Shown one piece after another: positions 58,611 to 64,000 of a DNA stretch of 64,000 nt. Position numbers and translations under genes: made by a program. The stretch is from positions 160,001 to 224,000 of the forward strand of contig CAXXIN010000003.1 of NCBI GenBank assembly GCA_963665275.2. Direction: 5' to 3'. Under the pieces are notes generated by a model. That model searched no databases, was not told where the DNA came from, and was given only the letters and a program-made list of their open reading frames with translations. Numbering within the stretch: the stretch's first letter is position 1; each line of letters opens with the position of its first letter. The stretch comes from Negativicutes bacterium. GTDB lineage: Bacteria > Bacillota > Negativicutes > UBA1444.

Positions 58611-59888
58611 CTACGCGAAGAACCATTTGACCGGCACGGTAATGAGTTGCGGGAACAAAACGAAAATAATCAAGGCTACTGCTGTAATAATCATCCATGG
58701 GATGGAAGCCTTTACTATTTCCTCGAATTTTAAGCCCGTCATGTTAACTGCAGCATAGAGGCATACTCCCACAGGAGGCGTTACCAAGCCGAAAGCCAGG
58801 GTGATAACCATAAAAACGATAAAGTAAATCGGGTCAATGCCCACTTTCAGAATCGTCGGCAACAAAATTGGCGTGACGATGTAAATCGCGGCGGTGGCAT
58901 CCATGAACATGCCCACAATTACGAAAAACGCGTAGATAATCAGCATGATCAGTATCGGCTCCTGCGTGACATTGCCAATGGCAGTCGCCACCTGCCCAGG
59001 CAGACCATCATATTCGAAAATCCAGCCAGCTGGCTTGGCAGTCACGGCGATAAAAAGTATGGTGCCCGTCAATCTTACCGTGCGGATGAAAATTTCGGGA
59101 AGTTGGCGCCACTTGATGCTCTTGTACACAAATAGCGAAACGGCCAACGTGTATAATACGGCTATCCCTGCGGCCTCAGTCGGGGTGAAGTGTCCTGAAA
59201 GCATGCCGCCAAGCAGGATTGCTGGAGTAAGCAGGGCTGGTATGGCGTTCAAAAATTCAGCACGGAGTTCGCGCGCGCTGAATTTCAGCACTGTACCATA
59301 GTTGTTCTTCCGGCAAACATAGTAATTGTACAGCATGAAAATGACGGCAATCAATACTCCCGGAATAATGCCGGCGAACAGCACCTGGCCGATGGAAACG
59401 TTGGCCACCGACGCGGCGATAACCATCAGGATGCTCGGAGGAATAATCGTCGCCAGCATGGATGTGGTGAGAGCCAAGGCAGTGGCGTACCCAAGCGGAT
59501 AGCCGTTTTTCGTCATCGCGCTGATGCTGATCCGGCCGACACTCGCAACATCCGCCACGGAAGACCCGGACATGCCCGCGAAGATAACGCTTGAAAAAAC
59601 GGTTACATTGCCCAATCCTCCACGCGACCAACCCAGCAGTGCATTGGCAAAACGAAATATTTTGTCGGCCACCCCGCCTTCATCCATGAGGATGCCGGAC
59701 AAAATGAACAAGGGTACGGCAACCATGATAAAACTATTCATCGAACTGAACATTGACTGTGTCATCAAATTCAAAGGAATATCTGTATACGTGAACAGCA
59801 CAACGACCGAGGAAATTCCCATCGCGATCGCCAGCGGAATGCCCAAAACCATCATCCCCAGAAAAAGCGCCAGTAGTGCCAGACTCAT
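58611..59888 (-). CDS. dctM: TRAP transporter large permease
   Basis: AVPLFIL, SGSSVAD, IIPPSI, FTPTEA, TPPVG. Confidence 0.93.
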   Translation of the reverse strand: MSLALLALFLGMMVLGIPLAIAMGISSVVVLFTYTDIPLNLMTQSMFSSMNSFIMVAVPLFILSGILMDEGGVADKIFRFANALLGWSRGGLGNVTVFSSVIFAGMSGSSVADVASVGRISISAMTKNGYPLGYATALALTTSMLATIIPPSILMVIAASVANVSIGQVLFAGIIPGVLIAVIFMLYNYYVCRKNNYGTVLKFSARELRAEFLNAIPALLTPAILLGGMLSGHFTPTEAAGIAVLYTLAVSLFVYKSIKWRQLPEIFIRTVRLTGTILFIAVTAKPAGWIFEYDGLPGQVATAIGNVTQEPILIMLIIYAFFVIVGMFMDATAAIYIVTPILLPTILKVGIDPIYFIVFMVITLAFGLVTPPVGVCLYAAVNMTGLKFEEIVKASIPWMIITAVALIIFVLFPQLITVPVKWFFA

Positions 59889-59889
59889 A

Positions 59890-60390
59890 TTACTCTCCGC
59901 CTTCCAAAAGGTGCGGGTGCAGAATTATATTCTCTGCTACACCCAGTATTCCCAGTATTGCAGACAGCGGCATAAATAAACCAACCAGCCACATCGGAAT
60001 CATCCAGGCAGCGCCCATCTCGTTCATGGTGTACTGTTGGACGACAAGTTCGAACCCGGTATAAAACATGAAGCAAAAAAATCCGACCGAGGGAATCACA
60101 TAGAACCATCGTCCCAAGTTACGAACAGAGCGAGGAAACCAGTTCAGAAAGACGGTCACCCTGGCAGATTCCCCTTTACGAAATCCCATGCCAACTCCCA
60201 GATAGACCATCCCAATGAAGAAGATGCGTGTGGCTTCTTCCGTCCATGGTGCGGGACTGTCGGCCAGGCGTCCAACAATCTGGATGGTGACTGCAGCCAA
60301 AATGGCGACAATTAACAAGAACGCCATATAATCTGAAATCTTGTTGATCGCGCCGAAAAATTTTTCCGCCTTACTATTTTCGTTCTTCAT
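59890..60390 (-). CDS. dctQ: TRAP transporter small permease
   Basis: QIVGR...PWTEEATR, 4 TM segments. Confidence 0.9.
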   Translation of the reverse strand: MKNENSKAEKFFGAINKISDYMAFLLIVAILAAVTIQIVGRLADSPAPWTEEATRIFFIGMVYLGVGMGFRKGESARVTVFLNWFPRSVRNLGRWFYVIPSVGFFCFMFYTGFELVVQQYTMNEMGAAWMIPMWLVGLFMPLSAILGILGVAENIILHPHLLEGGE

Positions 60391-60476
60391 AAGAATCTTC
60401 GCTGCCCCCTAAACTAAATATGGGCACAATGTGAGCGGAATGGAACCGTCTTAGGTCCCACTCCGCTCGCTTTTAT

Positions 60477-61514
60477 TTATTTGTCTTTGCCGACAAATTT
60501 CAGGGACGAATTGAAGAAAGCATCGTCTTTTACCAGTGTGATAAATTTGGGATAGAGTTTTTTCGAGACCGCTACGAACGCTTTTTGTTGGTCGGCGGTC
60601 AATTCATTCACTTCGACCTTCTTGTCTTTCAGGAATACAACAGCTTTTTGGTCTTCTGCCTTATCATAGGCAAGCTTCCAACCCTGCACTTCTTTCGCGG
60701 TGTCAGTCAGGAGTTTTTGTTGGTCAGGGGTCAGTTTGGCAAACTTGGCCGTATTCATTCCCACAACCCACGCATCCGCCATATGGTTGGAGATACTCAG
60801 GTACTTTTGCACCTCATAGAATTTGGCGCTCATCGGAATATCAACAGGATTTTCCTGCCCGTCGATCGTCTTCAGCTGCAATGCGTTGTAAACTTCGCCG
60901 AAGGCCATGGGAGTCGGTACCGCCCCTGCTTCCTTGAAGAATTCCACCCACAGCGGGTTATTGGGAACGCGCAACTTGACCCCTTTCAGATCTTCCGGCG
61001 TCTGGATTGGCCGTTTTGAATTGGTAATCTGACGGAAACTGCGTGTCCACAGTCCCAGTCCCTTGATGTTGAGTTTGTCGAGTCCGCCCAGAAGCTGTTG
61101 CCCAGGCTGATCATTCAAATATTTTAAAAATTGGTCGGTATTGTCAAACAGGTAAGGAATACTGATCATGTTGAAACTCGGTTGAAAATTGGCATAGAGA
61201 GAAGTGGAAAGCACCAACATGTCCAAGGTTCCACCGCCCAGTTGCTTCACGGCTGCCGATGGATCCGCGCCATACAGGGTCCCATTGGGGAAAACCTTGA
61301 TTTCAATGCTGCCTTTGCTTTTTTCGTTCACTCTCTTGGCATATTCCTTCGCGGCTGCAGTAATCGATGAGGTTTCGGGGTCAGGTGTCGCGAGATTCAA
61401 CGTTACCTTGGCAGGCGCCGCCGGTGTTGCTGCCGGTTTCGTTCCGCCACCTCCGCAACCTATTGCTGCTACTGCAAATGCTAAAATGATCAACATAGAA
61501 ACTGTTTTTTTCAC
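60477..61514 (-). CDS. dctP: TRAP substrate-binding lipoprotein
   Basis: Lipobox AIGC, PYLF, DLKGVKLRVP (carboxylate-binding Arg), FGEVYNALQ, DGQENP. Confidence 0.93.
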   Translation of the reverse strand: MKKTVSMLIILAFAVAAIGCGGGGTKPAATPAAPAKVTLNLATPDPETSSITAAAKEYAKRVNEKSKGSIEIKVFPNGTLYGADPSAAVKQLGGGTLDMLVLSTSLYANFQPSFNMISIPYLFDNTDQFLKYLNDQPGQQLLGGLDKLNIKGLGLWTRSFRQITNSKRPIQTPEDLKGVKLRVPNNPLWVEFFKEAGAVPTPMAFGEVYNALQLKTIDGQENPVDIPMSAKFYEVQKYLSISNHMADAWVVGMNTAKFAKLTPDQQKLLTDTAKEVQGWKLAYDKAEDQKAVVFLKDKKVEVNELTADQQKAFVAVSKKLYPKFITLVKDDAFFNSSLKFVGKDK

Positions 61515-61783
61515 TTATAATTACCCCCTTCCAATTTTTACCCCTTTTAATTGTTGTTTTACTACCCCACCCTAATCGAGACCTTAACCCACCAACACCT
61601 CCAAACGAAATCTCGCACTTGCGATTATTGTGATAGTTCTAATTATTTGACGCATTTATTCAAATTCCTTCTTTATTGTTCAAAATAATTTATTTTATTT
61701 TGTTTTTAATTCAAATCGATTCATTTTCAACCATTTAATTTTTTCACACCAAATACCCAATCAGTTTTCGCGTCCATAAAATG

Positions 61784-61819
61784 ACTTGTAGCTTCCCTCT
61801 TACGAAGGAAGCTACAAGT
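61784..61819 (-). terminator. Terminator hairpin after lipase gene
   Basis: ACTTGTAGCTTCC/GGAAGCTACAAGT perfect 13-bp stem. Confidence 0.7.
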
Positions 61820-61906
61820 GTATAATTTTTATTTTCTATTCACCCAATGCGTCCAAAACACTTTCCCTTTTGTCCCGCTGTTACAGAATTCTTCGCCGAA
61901 TCATAC

Positions 61907-63244
61907 TCAATCCTTTCTCTCGTTTGCAGGGACTCCCGAAGCGTTTTTCAGCCACACATCCCGGCGGCTATCGATTCCTTTGAAGGCATGAACAAAGGCT
62001 TCCAACGGAGTCAAATTATACGTTCCCGTAGAAAATTCGGCCACATCCGCCACGGTTCCCGAATGCACATCATATACGGTTTGATGAACGCTGATGTAGT
62101 AAACGGGCTTCTCCTGCCGAACTCTTACGGCTGCAACCTCCGGAACGATCAACCAACGACAATCGGCAGCAGCGGCGGCCTTCAACCAGGAACCGGATTT
62201 ATCTGCATTTCCCCAAATGCTGTTAGGAAATGAGGTTCGATATTCATCCTGCAAGGCCCGCTCCATATACCCGAGTTCGTCTGACAAAGCCGACGGCAAC
62301 TTATTTTGCAGCGGAGCAATATATACCCGTTCGGAATTGACTTGTCGGTCATTAGCAATGAAAGACACCGCGACCGTTTTTTTGTCGTAGTAATTTTTCA
62401 TGGCGGCATCCACATAGGCGGCTATATAGTGTGGATCGTCCAGCATTGGGTGAAGCTTGTATTTGACCTCTTTGCCAAACTGGCGGTATCCGCCGACAAG
62501 TCCTTGCAGCAGCGTTACGACCGGATCACCGGCGATTACCACCCGGGTCAATTTCAGCACCGCATTGAATTTTTCTGCAAAAGCAGCATTCCCAACCGCT
62601 GGTGCGCCAAACGTAATGACTTCAATTTGTTCCGGCGATATGCCCATGTCCAGCAGACGGGCTCCGGCCAACGTTGCCGCAGCACCGCCCAAGCTATGTC
62701 CAGTCAAGTAAAGCTTGTTTCCGGGATTGCTCCGAAGCATTTCCAGCATGAGCAGTAGTGAATCTCCTTCACTGTGCATGATGGCGGATGGTCCGGCCTG
62801 CATAAATTTATGGAATCCCTGATGGACTTTAGGCATTGTATCCGGTACGTCATTTTGAGCGGCATTCATAGCGAATTCTTCCAACGTACGTCCGGCAAAG
62901 TATACCTTACCAACCTGCAAGTCTAAATCCATATCTCGATCGGTTTCGGTGCCGACAATAGCCATAACAAAAACCTGTCGGTCTTTGTTTATAGTTTTTT
63001 CTGCGATCAGAAATCGTGCGCCGCTGGCGCCATCCGGCTGTTTATAACGGTCAATCCGCCATCCATCCTGAGTCAGGTAACGGGTTGCCAGTTCCCCCAT
63101 TCGGTCGTTATAGGCAGCCACACTGGCGCCAGCCGCAATGTAAATTTTGTAAGCTTCTGCCGATTCTTCCTGGGGACTGGCAAAAGAAACCGATGTCATG
63201 CACAGCAATCCAATGGTCAAGAGTAACACCAGCCATTTTTTCAC
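61907..63244 (-). CDS. Secreted class-3 lipase-family alpha/beta hydrolase
   Basis: Signal peptide, VHQGF, GHSLGG nucleophile elbow, TFGAPAVG, DPV, H. Confidence 0.85.
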   Translation of the reverse strand: MKKWLVLLLTIGLLCMTSVSFASPQEESAEAYKIYIAAGASVAAYNDRMGELATRYLTQDGWRIDRYKQPDGASGARFLIAEKTINKDRQVFVMAIVGTETDRDMDLDLQVGKVYFAGRTLEEFAMNAAQNDVPDTMPKVHQGFHKFMQAGPSAIMHSEGDSLLLMLEMLRSNPGNKLYLTGHSLGGAAATLAGARLLDMGISPEQIEVITFGAPAVGNAAFAEKFNAVLKLTRVVIAGDPVVTLLQGLVGGYRQFGKEVKYKLHPMLDDPHYIAAYVDAAMKNYYDKKTVAVSFIANDRQVNSERVYIAPLQNKLPSALSDELGYMERALQDEYRTSFPNSIWGNADKSGSWLKAAAAADCRWLIVPEVAAVRVRQEKPVYYISVHQTVYDVHSGTVADVAEFSTGTYNLTPLEAFVHAFKGIDSRRDVWLKNASGVPANERKD

Positions 63245-64000
63245 AAAGCTCCCTCCCCTGAATCCGCTTTATACCAGGCGGCGTACATGACCGGCAACAC
63301 CAGCAGGGTTAATATCGTAGCCACAAACAACCCCGCCCCAATGGCAACAGCCATCGGGCCCCAAAATATATTGGAAACCAAAGGGATCATCGCTAAAATA
63401 GCAGCGGCGGCCGTCAACAAAATGGGACGCATGCGAGTTATCGTAGCGTTAATGATGGAATCCCACATGTTTTCGCCGTTAGCGAGATGCTGGTCGATTT
63501 GGTCCATCAGAATTACCGAGTTACGCATAATGATCCCAGAGAGAGCTAATATACCGAGCTGTACGACAAACCCTATCGGTTTTCCCGTTAGGAAAAGACC
63601 GACGGCAACGCCAATAATCCCAAGCGGCGCGGTCAATAAGGTTAATACCATCTTGGAGATATTTTGCAGTTGCAACATCAAGAGAATCATAATGGTGAGA
63701 ATCATTGCCGGCACAGGGGCGAATAACATTTCCGTGCCTTTGATGCTTTCTTCCGTTGCACCGTCATATTTGATACTGTAGCCGGGTGGTAGATTGTCGC
63801 GCAGTTCCTGGAGATTCTCGTATACCTTGCGGGTCACATCATCCCCGGTTACGCCTGGGGCTGTTTCCGCCCGCACAGTAATCGTCGGTTTCAAATTGCG
63901 TCGATAAATCAAGCCGTCCTCGGCTTCAAAGCTTATTTGGGCAATCTGGTCCAGCGGCACATACTTGCCATTCCCGATGTGGATGGAAAGGTCCTTGATG
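63241..64000 (-). CDS. RND efflux permease (AcrB/AcrD/AcrF family), C-terminal part; 5' end outside window
   Basis: LPPGY, GIIMRNSVILMD, RMRPILLT, GPMAVAI; frame open to window edge. Confidence 0.9.
   Translation of the reverse strand, partial: IKDLSIHIGNGKYVPLDQIAQISFEAEDGLIYRRNLKPTITVRAETAPGVTGDDVTRKVYENLQELRDNLPPGYSIKYDGATEESIKGTEMLFAPVPAMILTIMILLMLQLQNISKMVLTLLTAPLGIIGVAVGLFLTGKPIGFVVQLGILALSGIIMRNSVILMDQIDQHLANGENMWDSIINATITRMRPILLTAAAAILAMIPLVSNIFWGPMAVAIGAGLFVATILTLLVLPVMYAAWYKADSGEGAL

Noticed and set aside
15423-63781. Numerous long plus-strand ORFs antisense to real genes (e.g. 15423..16199, 38144..38971, 40031..40906, 55400..56077)
   Set aside because: Shadow frames of well-supported minus-strand genes; no RBS or family motifs
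1-64000. CRISPR arrays, tRNA/rRNA, known metabolite riboswitches, selenocysteine readthrough
   Set aside because: No repeat-spacer arrays, cloverleafs, recognisable aptamers or in-frame TGA splits were seen by eye; an Rfam scan would be needed to exclude them fully

Overview
64 kb of chromosome from an anaerobic bacterium, probably a Negativicutes/Sporomusaceae-like firmicute (inferred from Firmicutes-type genes, sigmaA promoters and an RND pump). Nearly all genes are on the minus strand, grouped into regulator + transporter + catabolic-enzyme modules. (1) An AT-rich island (1333-12464) encodes GntR, two NhaC transporters, an OCD/mu-crystallin enzyme, a 4-subunit 2-oxoacid:ferredoxin oxidoreductase, a 2-hydroxyacid dehydrogenase and an ADP-forming acyl-CoA synthetase. 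It is bounded by an orphan IS256-type end on the left, and by a decayed sigma54-activator plus an intact IS256 with 8-bp target duplication on the right. (2) A frameshifted UroD/MtaA-like gene heads an Opp ABC transporter and GntR. (3) A FadR-controlled, self-lipoylating 2-oxoacid/acetoin-dehydrogenase-like complex has an atypical E1alpha, an embedded DUF296 protein and an MFS. (4) MarR-MFS, two convergent small proteins and a PatB/MalY enzyme. (5) The best candidate for an undescribed system is a 16-gene N-heterocycle catabolic operon (35233-52919): two deaminases, BMP-type ABC importer, RibD_C-like reductase, DHODH/PreA-like flavoprotein lacking the catalytic Cys, cyclic amidohydrolase, UbiD/UbiX, Fe-S flavoprotein and a three-subunit Mo hydroxylase. 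Its enzyme set fits pteridine-to-purine ring contraction, and it sits behind an ANTAR-like attenuator. (6) A TRAP-DeoR-FGGY kinase-Zn dehydrogenase-class I aldolase-glycerate dehydrogenase sugar-acid operon. (7) A lipase and a partial RND permease. No rRNA, tRNA or CRISPR array was seen. Family calls are from motif recognition only; no database searches were run.
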